From Felis catus (Eukaryota), in NCBI RefSeq assembly GCF_018350175.1, contig NC_058368.1, positions 43,712,001-43,776,000 on the forward strand: DNA of 64,000 nt. The letters are read 5' to 3'. Position numbers and translations under genes: made by a program. Below, piece after piece: positions 1 through 13,350 of the stretch (its first letter is position 1; every line of letters begins with the position of its first letter). The notes under the pieces are model-generated. The model saw only the letters and a program-made list of their open reading frames with translations, searched no databases and had not been told where the DNA came from.

Positions 1-1000
1 AAATATGCTTGGGAAGAATCTATATTCTACTTTTTCTCATTGGAGTATTTTATAAATGTCAACTAGACCAAGTTTATTCATGATACTGTTCATGTAATCT
101 TTACTCTTGTAGATTTTTTTTGCCTGTTTAAGGTATCAATTATTGGGAGAGTTATATTGAATTTTCTTAACAATGATAAGTTTGTCTATTTCTCCTTTCA
201 GTTTTTGTCTGTTTCTCTCTATCAGTTTTCTCCTTGCATCTTGATGCTTCATTGTTAGATGCATGTATGTTTAAGATTGTTATGTCTTCTTGGAGAATTG
301 ACTTCTTTATCATTATGCAATGTACTTCTTTATTTCTGATATTCTTTCTTGTTCTAAAGTCACTTTATCTGAAATTAACATAGCTATTCCAATTTTCTTT
401 TGAATGGGGATAGCATGGTATATATTTCATCCTCCATTTCTTACCTGAGTCTTTGTAGTTTGTTTCTTGTAAACAGCACATAAGTGAGTCTTGACTTACT
501 TATTTTTTTAATGTTTATTCATTTTTTTGTGAGACACAGTGTGACTGGGGGAGAGGCAGAGAGAGAGGGAGAGGGAAACAGAAAAGGAGGCAGACTCCAG
601 GATCTGAGCTGCCAGCACAGAGCTGATGTGGGACTCAAACTCATGAACCGTGAGATCATGTGAGCTGAAGTTGGATGCTTAACCGACTGAGCAACCCAGG
701 TGCCCTAAGTCTTTACTTTTAAAATCCATTATGATAATATCTGTCTTTTAACTCATATTTACACCATTTATATTTAAAGAATTATAGATGCAGTTGGAAT
801 AAAATCTGTCATCTTTGTAAATGTTTTCAATTCTTTGCATTCTTTTTTCTACCTCCTTTTCTGTGTACTCTGATTTTAATTAAACATTTTATTTGATTCC
901 ATTTTATCTCCTTCTTGACATTTATGCTTCTTAAAAAATAGTGTGTGTTTTAGGATTTACTATATAAATTTGGAAATAAAGCCACCTCTACATAACACCA
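1..1000 (-). mobile_element. Old, degraded LINE-1 (L1M-type) fragment from the ORF2 endonuclease region, interrupted by a SINE
   Basis: T-rich strand with L1 antisense hallmarks (ttgttctaaagtcactttatctgaaattaacatagctattcca; ttgtttcttgtaaacagca) matching the EN-coding region of the younger L1 at ~40400-40550; boundaries approximate. Confidence 0.7.
500..706 (-). mobile_element. CanSINE (SINEC_Fc-like tRNA-derived SINE)
   Basis: Poly-T, (GA)n, ...cgtgagatcatg...aaccgactgagcaacccaggtgccc (reverse complement of the SINE head); imperfect TSD agtctt(g/t)actt. Confidence 0.93.
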
Positions 1001-1084
1001 TACTGTTTCATTTGTAGTTTGGGTACTTTATGAGAGGTACCAGTCTCATGTTTATTGTGTGTTTTATAAGATTTAAAAATTAAT

Positions 1085-1460
1085 TTTATGACGAAATACA
1101 ACACACTGACACTTGGATAGATGAAAGACTGAATTCTTTGTTGCATACGGCTTCCAACCATAGAAGGCTGCCACTCAGGATCACACAACAGGTTATAAAT
1201 AAGGACAGTGTCACTAGCAAGCTTGAGCTGTAGAGGGCAGAATATATATACGGCAAATGGGGTAGGGTAGTTACATTTCACCAAGCTTTCTGAGGACTGG
1301 CTAATTTGAAACATTTCATGATCTCCAAGGTAGAAAAATTGTTAGTTCTTTAGTACCCAGTCTCAAAATATGGGATACTAATAAGCGAGACAGTTGGTGA
1401 ATGTGCCTGGGAAGGATAATTAAAAGTTTTTAACCATAAATTCAAAGCTGGGTCATGACT
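1085..1460. mobile_element. Probable degraded ERVL-class solo LTR
   Basis: Motifs gcaagcttgagctgtagagggcag and gactggctaatttgaaacatttc resemble old eutherian LTRs as I recall them; no TSD seen; boundaries uncertain. Confidence 0.3.
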
Positions 1461-1961
1461 GTACTTTTGAAATATTATGTTACAATTGACACCTTGATAT
1501 CTTGACATAATTGTTCACTTTTGAGCTTGATTATGTGGGATTATTTCATTGACCTGAATAGTAAAGGAGACTTCCAGAGGGTAGGGCATGGTTGCCCTAA
1601 AAACACATAAAAAACGTTTTGTGACAGTAAAAAGAAACCAAGTAGAAGCATGAAGAGTCCCTGACAGCTAATTAGTAGCCAAGCTCCTCTGTTTGGTTTT
1701 AATCAGGAGAAAAAAAATCCAGTCACAACATGGGCCTTCAATAATATTCTGGTTGAATTATGGAAAGTGTTAAAGGTGTGGGTTATTTATTATTTTTTAG
1801 GGTGATAATTTAGGGTATATTTATTATACTAATAATAGTGAATATTTGTCTGCTTATTTGTTTTTATTCATTATGTCTTTATATTTTATTTAAGTTGTTG
1901 GGTCAATTTATTTTGTTTATTGAATATTGAACACTGTGTATTAAAAATTGTAAAGATTGGG

Positions 1962-2326
1962 TTTTTTTTAATTTAGTGATTCATCACTTAACATATAAAG
2001 CCCAGTGCTCATCACAAGTGCCCTTCTTAATCTCCATCACCCATTTAGCCCACACCCCACTCCACCTCTCCTCCAGCAACCCTCAGTTTGTTCTCTATAG
2101 TTGAGTCCCTTATGGTTTGCCTCCCTCTCTGTTTTTATCTTATTTTATCTTTTCTTCCCTTCTCCTATGTTTATCTATTTTGTTCCTTAAATTCCACATT
2201 TGAGTGAAATCATATGGTATTTCTCTTTCTTTGACTGACTTATTTCAACGAGCCTAATACACTCTAGTTCCATCCACATCATTGCAAATGGCAAGATTTC
2301 TTTTTTGTTGTTGTTGTTGGCTGAGT
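1962..2326 (-). mobile_element. 5'-truncated carnivore LINE-1 3' end
   Basis: Poly-T at 1962, L1 3' UTR, and reverse-strand ORF2 C-terminus ILPFAMMWMELECIRLVEISQSKKEKYHMISLKCGI. Confidence 0.9.
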
Positions 2327-2337
2327 AACATAAGTAA

Positions 2338-2528
2338 AGGGAATCTAGAATTAGAAAAATCCTCCAAAGTTTAAAACCCATTATCATAGTAAGTTTTTAA
2401 ATATCTTTACCATTTTTGTTGTGTAGATATTTAAAAACTTTCTATGATAATATTTTCTTCTCTAATCCAATCTGAAGTTGTATTAAATTTTTTAAACTTT
2501 GGAGGATTTTTCCAATTCTAGATTCCCT
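2338..2528. repeat. Nested inverted repeat: 39-bp arms 2338-2376/2490-2528 and 27-bp arms 2380-2406/2425-2451
   Basis: Direct reverse-complement comparison; one mismatch per arm pair. Confidence 0.95.
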
Positions 2529-2932
2529 GATGTTTTCCTTCAGTGATCATAATAGAAAGACTGGATGTTTATAATTCCCCTGTGTTTTGGTCAATGCTTA
2601 CCTCCAATTTTTTTATCTCCACCCTTGTGAGATTGCAAAAACCTTACCATGGTTGCCCAACTTCTTGCTCAATAATTTAATTAGGGATTTCAAGCCAATC
2701 AGATACTCTAATATGTGAGGGTGGGTTTCCGTCTTTGTAAGACCCAGTCTATTTTCAGTTAGAATTCACTCCTGGAAAGTAGTCTTTCAAGGACTCAAAT
2801 TGAAATGATTGGCTATTTAACAGGATCCTTTCATCTTGTGAGTCTTGAACACTACTTTTTGTCTCCCTAATCCTGTATGACAGTGTGATAGCTTTTATTG
2901 AATTTTATTCATTATAGAATTAAAAAATATAT

Positions 2933-3121
2933 TTTTTCAAATGCTTCTTTATTTTGAGGGTGGGAGGGGGACAGAGAGAGAGAGGTAGAGAGAGACTCCT
3001 AAACAGGTTCTGTGCTGTCAGCACAGAGGCTGATACAGGGCTCGATCTCTAGAACCCTGAGATCATGTCCTGAGCTGAAATCAAGTCAGTCACTTAACTA
3101 ACTGAGCCACCCAGGTACCTT
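2933..3121 (-). mobile_element. CanSINE
   Basis: (GA)n tract, tgctgtcagcacagag, gagatcatgtcctgagctgaaatcaag...actgagccacccagg. Confidence 0.9.
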
Positions 3122-4189
3122 CTAGAATGAAAGATTTTGGACATAACTCCAGGGAAGTTCAAAGAATTTCAACTCTGAGAACTTCAAAACTGTACTTTCA
3201 TAGGCATGACACACATTTTTTGTTTGAATAACCCATTGAAAATTGCATTGGTTGCTTTTAAACGATCCATTCTTTATATTGCAAACAAACTTCTCCCATC
3301 TGCTTACATTTGAATTAATATGATGCTCTTTTTTTCCTGCCTGCATGCTTAGACTCAGAATTTCAAAAACAGTATGTATTTCTCCCTGTCCACACACACA
3401 TATATAGTTTCTACCTTTCCTTTTTTCCTTGCTTTTTTCTAAATAAAAACCTTGTGATATCTCTCAAAGTTTTCTGTTCCTATTTGTTCTGTGATTACAT
3501 ATATTTAAGGCCACATTTCACTTCCCAGTAAGATCCCTCACCTGGTTTCCTGGGGACATACTTTTTCCCTTTCCAACCTATTTTGTAATATTTCTATTTT
3601 ATTCTTCCAGGAATACTCCTCTAATAAGGTACTCCAATGATAAAAATTGTGTAGAGCTCTGGGTTTTGTTTTGTTTTGTTTTGTTTTGTTTTTGTTTTTG
3701 TAAATAGTGTCCACACATATAATAATTCAATGCATACATAATTTCACCTTTGCATTGTATTTCTCACAATTCTTCAGGATATTTATTGTTTAGAAATGTA
3801 GAACTAATAAATACTTTGAATTGATGTATGAAATTCAATTTAGCATTTTATTGGACTATCTTTGTAAAAATATCTTCATATCCAACCCTGATTGCTCTTT
3901 CTGAAGCTTAAAACTAAAACACCAATTCTCATCATTTTTTCTTTCGAAACAATATATTGCATCTACAGCATTTTTCTTCAGATATTTTCTAGAATGCCTT
4001 TCTCTGTTACCATATAGTTGTTTATGTATTTTATGTCCTCAGCTAATGCATTTATTCTTCAGAGAGCAACTTTCTTATTTGATTAATGTTTGTTTGCTCA
4101 CATCAGTCAACATAGTGCCTTAAAAACAAAAACAATTGGCACACAAAACAGCAAACAATTTGTTCAATGAATTTATTGAATTGCAACAA

Positions 4190-4745
4190 AGTTGGCAGCC
4201 TAAAATTAAACCACTTATTATTTAATAATTCTGTGGGTCAGAAAACCAGGCAACTCCACTGAGTCTCCGTTTAGATTTTACAAGGCTGAGGTCAATGTGT
4301 TGGCTGGGTGGGAGTTTTATATGGAGTCTCTGGGGAAGAATATGTTTCCAAAATCATTCAGATGGCTAGCAGAATTCACTTCCATGATGTTCTGGGATAG
4401 AGGTTTCAGTTTTCTTGTTTGCTGTTATCCCTGGGCTAATCTCATCTTCTAGAAGATATCCAAATTCTTGTCATACATGCCCCCCATCTTCAAGCCAGCC
4501 ACAGTCTGTCAAATTCTCATGCTTTGATTCTCTCTCACTTTCCTTTTCCACTAACCAGGGAAAACTCTTCTAATGGGTTCACCTATTGCCTCAGACCCAT
4601 TGAGATCTTTTTATCATAATTTCGGTGAATTTGACACCTCAATTAGCCTGCAAAATCCCTTTATCATGGTACCTAGATTAATATTTGAATGAAGAATGAG
4701 GGAATAGGCATTGTCAGGTATATCCTTATAATTATGCCTACCATA
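4190..4745 (-). mobile_element. MaLR (MLT1-type) solo LTR
   Basis: Motifs ttctgtgggtcagaaa, acaaggctgaggtcaatgtgttggctgg, ctctggggaagaat and the end tgcctaccat resemble MLT1 LTRs. Confidence 0.7.
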
Positions 4746-5697
4746 AAAATAAAAAGAATCCCCACTATTATCACAATCAGAATTGTCAATCCTTAATTAT
4801 CAAGGATCTTCTGCACTGAATTTTAGGAAAATTTTAAACAGCATGGTTGTAATTCTTTATAATTTTCCTAACAATACATTCAATATTAAAAGTCTTTTTT
4901 ATTAGAGTTTTACACTATGAATTCCAGTATTTTTTTGTTCAGCAAGAATTTTCAAAGCCTTTATATTTGACTCATGAATTATTAATAATTAATAAATAAG
5001 GAATAAATAATTATTAATAAATAAGGAATAAGTTTTTATCTTCTTGGAAAATTTGTGGGAAATAATGGAATTCTTATTGCCAGGTGTAAGATGTGTTTGG
5101 TTTCTTTCTTTCTTTCGTGTTTTTTGAATGTGTGTAGTTTCTTCAATGAGGTGTTAGAAGTGATATATGATTATCGAAAAATAATCATAGAATTTTACTT
5201 AGTGCTTCCACATATAAGATTCTTTAAACAAAGCTTAAGAGAAAGTTTATTTCAATTATAGTATATAAATAGAGTTTAAATTAATTGTCCACAGCCATAT
5301 CATAGGTAAGTGCCATACTTAGGACTTGGAAACTGGGTCTTATTTTACATTCAGTGCTCTTTCCATTAAATAGCAACTATGAGGTATCACTTCTTATACT
5401 TATAAACTCATATGACATAAATAATTTTATTTCTTTGTAAGCCATGTCCCCAAGGCATGTGCTTTGGGTTAAATTCTCAATGGAACAGCAGCTATTTTAG
5501 TATACTGTTCTTCAATTTCTTCCTGCTAAAGTTACCTGAAAGTTATAAAATATATTCTGGCCAGTTGTTATATTTTAAAATTTATATTTTTAAAACTAAA
5601 AAGGTAAATTCCAATGAAATAAAGATAGATTATGTTTGATAGATGAAAGAGCAGTTACATTTTAATTAAGTTACTGAGGCTTTTAAAAGAGAAAACA

Positions 5698-5928
5698 CTT
5701 TTATTTTATTTATTTATTTATTTTTTAACATTTATTCATTTTGAGAACAGAGAGAGACAGAGTGAGAGCAGAGGAGGGGCAGAGAGAGAGCTGGAGACAC
5801 AGAATCTGAAGCAGGCTCCAGACTCTCAGCTGTCATACAGAGGCCAATGTGGGGCTTGAACTCAAACCGTGAGATCATGACCTGAGCCAAAGTCAGATGC
5901 TCAACAGACTGAGCCATCCAGGCACCCC
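5698..5928 (-). mobile_element. CanSINE
   Basis: T-rich tail, (GA)n, gacacagaatctgaagcaggctcca...gactgagccatccaggcacccc. Confidence 0.95.
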
Positions 5929-5966
5929 AAGAAAAAATGTTTTTAGGCCAATATATATACGTATGT

Positions 5967-5967
<1 letters not shown>

Positions 5968-6023
<56 letters not shown>
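5968..6023. repeat. Compound (TG)n(TA)n microsatellite
   Basis: Seen directly. Confidence 0.97.
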
Positions 6024-6026
<3 letters not shown>

Positions 6027-7106
6027 AAATATAAGAGAACACTCAAGAGATAACACAATTCATAATTTTCAGTATGGTTGAACTGTCTGCAACATTTTGG
6101 TGTTTCAATAATTTATAATTTGATCATCATTAGCACTGTTGACTCTATAACAACTAGAAATCTCATGGCAAGAAATTTAATGCCAACTTATTTCTTACTG
6201 TCTCCAAAATTTAGCACTAATTTTTATATATATTTCCTTTAGTGATTTTGCACACTGTGGAGTAAAAGTTTCTACTACATTTGAAAGTAATTTCAGTCTT
6301 CCAGCAGTATCTGAGTTTATCTCCCAGTCATTGTTTTCTCCCTGTTATCCTAGGCAACCATAACACTAACTAGGTGCATCCTCAGAATATATCTCCCCAG
6401 TGACATTAGCGATTATAGATTTTTTCTTTTTCTTTTTTCTTTAGTAAAGTACACACACTTTTGCAAAAACACTAAGTGAATGCAATAGCCTTTTTGAAAG
6501 GTAGTGCAGCCTATCTCCTGAGGTTTCACTCTAGTCTCTGACATCAGACATCTCTCTACTATACACTGCTACTTCTTCACTCCGTGAACCACGGAGGGAA
6601 ATAGCACAAAGCACACAAAAGCCCTGGTATTATAATTTCAAGACATATCAATACAATACTTATTATTTGGAAACTAATTTTCAGCATTTTGGTTGTCATC
6701 TGTATGTAGGTTTTAAACAGCTTAAGTCATGCAATAAGTGTTTAAAATCATGATGGACACAATGCATTCTTCCAGATAACTTTAAATCCTTAAGGTGACA
6801 TTTAAACTACTAGTTTTATAATTAAGTTTTATAATTAAGTGTATAAAATTGGTCAACAGAAACAAAAATTCTCTCTCTCTCTCTCTCAACTGCAGGTGGA
6901 AAAATCAACTTGTTCATATTTATTAGTTCATAGCACATAGCGCAATATCATCATTGGTCCTTGCAAGTTTCTCCTTTCATTTTATTATTTATTTACATAT
7001 GCCATTTTATCCATATCTCATTAATAGCAGTAGCAACGATTAAATTCATTTAATATATTTAGCAACAAACTTTGATTAAATGTATTTTTCCAACATGTGT
7101 ATTTTT

Positions 7107-7536
7107 TAATATAATTTATTGCCAAATTGGCTTACATACAACACCCAGTGCTCATCCCAACGAGTGCCCTCCTCAGTACCAATCACCCATTTTCCCTCTC
7201 CCCCACCCCACTGTCCATCTTCAGTTTGTTCTCTGTATTTAAAAGTCTCTTGTGGTTTTCTTCCCTCCCTCTCTGTAACTATTTTTTCCCCTTCCCCATC
7301 CTCATGGTCTTCTCTTAAGTTTCTCAAGATCCACATATGAGTGAAAACATATGATATCTGCCCTTCTCTGACTGACTTATTTCACTCAGCATAATGCCTT
7401 CCAATTCCATCCACGTTGCTGCAAATGGCATGATTTCATTCTTTCTCATTGCCAGGTAGTATTCCATTGTATATATAAACCACATCTTCTTTATCCATTC
7501 ATCAGCAAACCACTATACAGAAGCGCATGCGCTTGT

Positions 7537-7576
<40 letters not shown>

Positions 7577-7649
7577 TCCTTAATAAAATTTACGTAGTTT
7601 AAACATTTACAGAAACAAATAAAAATACTATGATCCAGCAATAGCACTA
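7107..7649 (-). mobile_element. 5'-truncated LINE-1 with a short inverted L1 segment and non-L1 filler, flanked by a 17-bp TSD
   Basis: TSD ccaacatgtgtattttt at 7090-7106 and 7650-7666; L1 3' end 7107-7505 (-); ctatgatccagcaatagcacta (ORF2 YDPAIAL, + sense) at 7628-7649. Confidence 0.88.
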
Positions 7650-7684
7650 CCAACATGTGTATTTTTATTTGTTTCTCTATAGGA

Positions 7685-8115
7685 AAAAAAAGAATCAAAT
7701 TTCAGTGTTTCCTGGTTTCTGTGGTATTATAGACACAGCGCCCATAGCTGGTTCAAGCTACCAGCAGATGTGTCCGAATGCAGAGTTGGTTAGTAATGTG
7801 CAATAACAAGGTTTATATAGTATTTTTGTCATACATATATAAGAGATATAAATATATTTAGTGTACATATGTAACTGATATAAATTTATAGATGTATAAT
7901 ATGAATATAAATATTTCAAAAACAGAAGAATAGTAAATGTAGTAAAATAATTACTGATGACATGTGAATATTTATCAGCTTTGTTTTATCATAGTTTATT
8001 TATAAATGTATGTAGAATTTTTAATAACAGCTATATTCAACAATTATTTAGTAAATTCATGAAAATATCACAATAACTCATAAACTTATATGAGCGGACT
8101 CTCAGTACACCACTG
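7685..8115. mobile_element. MER63-like (hAT-Blackjack) DNA transposon relic
   Basis: ttcaagctacca, gaatgcagagttgg, aatagtaaatgtagtaaaataatta and the terminal cagtacaccactg resemble the MER63 consensus as recalled. Confidence 0.65.
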
Positions 8116-11100
8116 ATCCTAAGACTGGAGAATTTTCTAGAAAGAGAAATCTGAGCTTATCTTACTTTCTTTTTTCTAGTTTAAATAATAAGACAATTGC
8201 CTGAAAGATTCCAATCTGGAGGAAGTTGAGAAATTTTCTGGTTCATGAAATTAGTCATCTGTGTTATGGTGAAGGCATGAAATGAGAAAAATTTTCACCT
8301 TGAATGTCAATCATCACTTTATTTTTAATTTTATTTATATTATTTTTATTGTTTTGTTTCTTTCTTTATATTTTTTTCAGTCCTAAATCAGTGATAATTT
8401 TATCATCTTATAGTACATGGCATTAAAGAAAATGAATAATAAACTTCACATGTAATCAACCTATATGAACACAGTAGTAACTAAAAGAATAAACTTAATT
8501 GCACATAAATGCACATATTTTTCCTGGGGATATAAATGCAAGATATAATAAATATGTCAAATAATTGTTTAAATAATCCTTACCAAAATTCTGAATATGG
8601 CTTTTTATCTCGTTTTTAAAGCCAATGGTGCTCTTAGTGCTGACAGAATATCTTGCTTAGATATTTTTATCATAATGATGAGAGTGTAAATAAGGTAAAA
8701 ATTAAGGAAAGACAATTTCATAATACACATTAAAATCTCTAAAATGTTTATGAAATTTTATCCAGTAATTCCACTTTTATGACTTTTAAAATAAAACAAA
8801 ACCGTATTTTAGATGTGCACATAATTTTAACTTATGAGGACACAATGAGAAAACTGCCAAGCAAATTGGGAATAATATGGGAAGTTTTTGTTTATTATAT
8901 AAAGTCATTTTGTAAATATAAAAATTTCTTGTGTATCCTTTAACACATTTTTGTAACAATGTAACAACACATGAGACCATACTTGTTAGTACATGTTACT
9001 TTCTAAGTTAGAATAGCCTATAAATATTCTTTTGTTTTTTAATTATATAATATGTCTTTATTTACCTATACAACAAACAAAACCAATACATTTTTTATTG
9101 TAATTAACATTGAGTTAACTATTATGGGTGATTTGTTTTAATTTTCTATACAACTGCAGTTTTCAATGTTTCTGCAGTTACACAAATGCCACACATATAA
9201 GTAGGAAAAATAAGATTTCACTTAATAGCCTATACAACTATGTGATGATTAAGTATATTGGTAATAAAATCCATGAAATCTAATGGTGTACATTTGGAAC
9301 TCTGGGTTTGAAAAATGTCTGGGGAAAATATCTGTATAAAACAAAGAAAATGTTCATTCAGTTACTTATTCTGCTATTTACAAGTTGTCTAAACTTAGAT
9401 GAGTCATTTTATTAACATGAAAGAACTTGTGTAGGAATTTATGAAAGAATTTAGGTAATAATTGAATAAGAATTTAAATTTATATATATGTAAATATATA
9501 CACATATGCATACATGTTTAACGTGTGTACACAAGACATATCTGTGTGTATATACACACACACATACATAAAACTAGATATATTAATTGTGTGATCTACT
9601 ATGTCACCAAACCCTCCAAAGGAAGATGCTTAATGTGGAGTTCCCCATGGGAAGTCCTTGACGACCATGTTTTAGAGCACATTTGCCTTCATTTTGGTTA
9701 CTGCTGTTAGGCTTGGCTCAGAAATGTGTATTGAACCAATAGTTTCTCTTTAACAGGATTATGAACTGTGAAATAACTAGAGAATAAGGCACTTACCTGC
9801 CAAAGCTAGAGAAGAAAGGATGCACAGAGAAAAGCCATGAGTAATATGGTCAACAAAGTGATAATGGCAAACCAAATTTAGGAGAAGGCTGAAAATCTGA
9901 GCAAGCAGAGCCTAAGAGATCAAGAAGTAATAAAGAAAAGATAACACTGAGCTTGTGGGGCAGGAGGAATAAAGAGATGTATGGGAGTACACATATGGAG
10001 AACTGTTTATGCCTATTAATGCCCATTAGTCTAGTACAGATACATTGGGCTCTGATGTTGAAGACCTTAGCAATTCCTTGCCTATAGAACTTACTGCAAG
10101 TAACACTGAGCATGTCTCATTTTTCCAGGGTTCTGAGGATGAGATTGACATGGCAGCCAAATTCATTTATTGGTCCATTTATATCTTTATATCTTTTTGT
10201 TCTGATACTATTAGCAGAGTTTACAAAGCCACGAGGCCCTTACTTTTTGCCCTAATTGCTGCTCCCTGCAGACTGCCTGAAGTAGTCTCTCACAGGTGAT
10301 ATATGAGAAATATGTCAAAATGAGTTTATAGGTTTGCGTGAATCCAGCGTCTGCTTTATCCATACTGAGAGGTGGATGATTGTTGGGAACACAAAAAGTA
10401 AAATCTTAACTTGAAATTACTAGAGAGCCATCTAATACTACCCTTTAAATTTTCTGTATGTGATTCTTTCTAGATCCCTCATCTCTCCAAGCAGAATATC
10501 CTATAAGGGAATCTCTGTATCTGAACCCCAAATGGTGCCATCACAGGTAGGAAAGAAATTAATGTTCTAATCCCCTTTTATTAAATATTATCATTTGGAC
10601 ATTAGATTCATAGGAATAAATCTTACAGATATTTTGAGCTGAGCAAACTAAAGATACAATTTAGGGATTGTACTTTTTACATACCTCTCCCTGGTGGTAG
10701 GTACAAGCCCCTCTTTTTATCATTTTGCCCAGGCAACACTGGGCTCTCTTAATCTCTACTTCCTGGTACCATAAGAGTCAAAAATAAAATAAGATACATG
10801 GATTACTATCTTTTCTACCTTGTTTGAAATAGAAGCCAAATCTATATGTGACATTCATCGCATTATTTCATGTTGGAAATAAAAATAGTGATTTTTTTCC
10901 TAATTATTAATTCAGTAGAAGTGCTAAAGACTGGAGAGAGAATAAAAGAGAGAGAAATAAAAGTGAAAAAGAATGGCCTTTTATGAAATAAGCATTTATA
11001 CATTTATTTAAAAAATAGTTGAGTAGCACTATGTCTATTAAAATACATATATTTGATCCATAATGTAATTATTTAGAAGCATTAAAAATTTCACATGGCA

Positions 11101-13119
11101 AATTTTTGTTTTGCAAAAAGTCAAATACAAAAGAAATAAAATGTTAAAAAATTAATAGAGATAAAATAATATAAATTTGTTAACCATAAGTTATTAAGCA
11201 CAGATCAAAATTGTGATAATGGAAGCTTTAGAAGGAAAAAAGTAAATGGAATATAATCCATAATCAAAGGTTTAAGTTAAAATACATCTTAGTAATTTAT
11301 AAATAAGATCATAAAATTAATAAGGCTCACTGTTTTTAGTTTGCTAACAAAACAATCTTCACACAAAATGTTATTTTTATTCAAAGGACTAGAAATCATT
11401 CTCTATGCTTGTAATAAAAAAATGTTTTTTCAAAGTATTAAAATTGGTACAGTTTTAACAATCGGTATAAGAAGGCAGTGGCATGTTGCCTAAAAACAAA
11501 CACATTCTAGAGACAGAAAGAGTCAAAATTGCTGTGCCCAGATAAGTTACTTTCCAGATGTGAAGATCACAAACTGGCAAATAAAGTAAAATATAATATT
11601 TATGTATTCTTTTGTCATAAAGGACTGAAGCTTAGTACTGTCACTGGAATGTTTAGGAAGGAGTCAGTGTGCTCAGGAAAACAAAAGGGAGGCAGAGGGG
11701 AAGACCTTGCTCAAAGTGCCAACTCAAGGCACTTTGTGAATGGGATCCCTATGAATGGGATCCTACACTGAAAGATATGAAGGGTGGGAGGTTGTTACAC
11801 ATAGTTAAAGTATAATATTGCTTAAAACAGTAATCTTATTATATTTTCCTTTCAAATGTTTTTTTCAACTCTTGACTATTTTATCATTTAGAATATTAAA
11901 TTTGCCCTTAATTAACTGAAATAAAGCACTCTCTACATTTTCTAGTTAAAATGATCTCATTCTGTCTACAAAAGATGATGTCACTCTCCTCTTTTATTGT
12001 TATGTCTTAAGTTTTTGAAACGTTAATTTTTCCCGTCATTAAATTTTACTTACAAAGTAAATACAGCTTTGAAATATTTGAAGTGTTTGAATAGACTTAA
12101 CAACCAAAATTATACTTCATTAAAACTTCTTGTGTTTATTCAATAAATAATTATTATAACAATGTTTTGTATTATTTCTTAAACATATTATAGTTTAGTG
12201 AAAATCCCAGAGTTTCTTTATTTCACTATAATGTTACACCAAAAACTCTAAGTAAATGGATTTAGATCCAGAAATGAAAAAAAAACATATTTTTTTCATG
12301 ATACAGAAATTTGGCTTGTAAAATCATGTACTTTAAAGGGATCTAAACTTTGTTTCATTAATTTTACTCAGCGACTTACATAAATGACTACGATTTTTTT
12401 TGCTGTGTTGAATATGTGTAAATCCCAAGTCTAATGATTAACAAGTAGGATATGTGTAATTATATGCAAGTTATGAAAAGAGAATTACCTGGGATCATAA
12501 ACACCTGGAGTTTGAACCAGTTGTTTGGCATTGATGTACATTATTAACAAGAAGCTCTCCAGAGGAAGCAAATTCACAGTTTGTCATTAAGGAGGATTTG
12601 GTGCTAAGCCCCATGTGCAACATCTTGGTGTCTTAAGCAGAGCTGAGAAGATAAACTGAGGGTCCCTTTGGCACTGCTAGGCCTATTTTCACTGGGTCTC
12701 ATCATAATTTTGTTCAATTAGTGTTTACACCCCTAAAGTGAGAACAAAAACAGAAATAGATGCCCAAGTATAATTTTACTCTTAAAAAAACGGAATCAGG
12801 CTTCTGTGACTCCATCCTTCCTAAGGTGTGACCTAGTCTCAGTTGCAGCTAGAGAAAGGTGGATTTAGAAGGAGATAAAGGAGTTAAAAAGAGATAAAAG
12901 ACTTAAAAAAAAAAGTGCCTTTTCATGACACTGAAACCACAATGCACCAGAAAGAATAAAACCAAAAGAAGTTAAATTATAGATCAATACACATAGGTAA
13001 AATCTTAAGTAAAATATCTACTCATTTTCTTTACTTAGCACACAGACTGGGAGATTAAAAAATAGACTAGGAGCTAAGAATATAAAATGATTTGTCTTAA
13101 ATATTTTAGCCTAGCTGAG

Positions 13120-13350
13120 ATGCACCTTGGTAATGGGCTAAAAGCATGAATTGTGGAACTGGAATACAGGTTTGAGTTTTGGCTCTTTTGTTGTGCCTGC
13201 AGAACTGCCGTGGGAGCTACTTAAAATCCTTTGGTGTCTATTTTCTCATCTTTAAAATTATTATCTACCTCATGGGCTTATTATAAAGATTAAATAAATA
13301 TCTTCAGAGCACTTAGAATTCTGCCTAGACATCATAAACATAGAAATGCT
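13120..13350 (+). mobile_element. MIR SINE relic
   Basis: Core-like ttttctcatctttaaaat...atctacctcatgggcttattataaagattaaataa...gcacttagaa. Confidence 0.65.

Noticed and set aside
988..1314. 108-aa ORF and other 60-110 aa ORFs in non-L1 DNA
   Set aside because: No recognisable domain or splice structure; expected by chance or overlapping repeats
7521..7534. NRF1-like palindrome GCGCATGCGC as a promoter element
   Set aside because: Abuts a (CA)n repeat where such motifs arise by repeat decay; no CpG island or other promoter context
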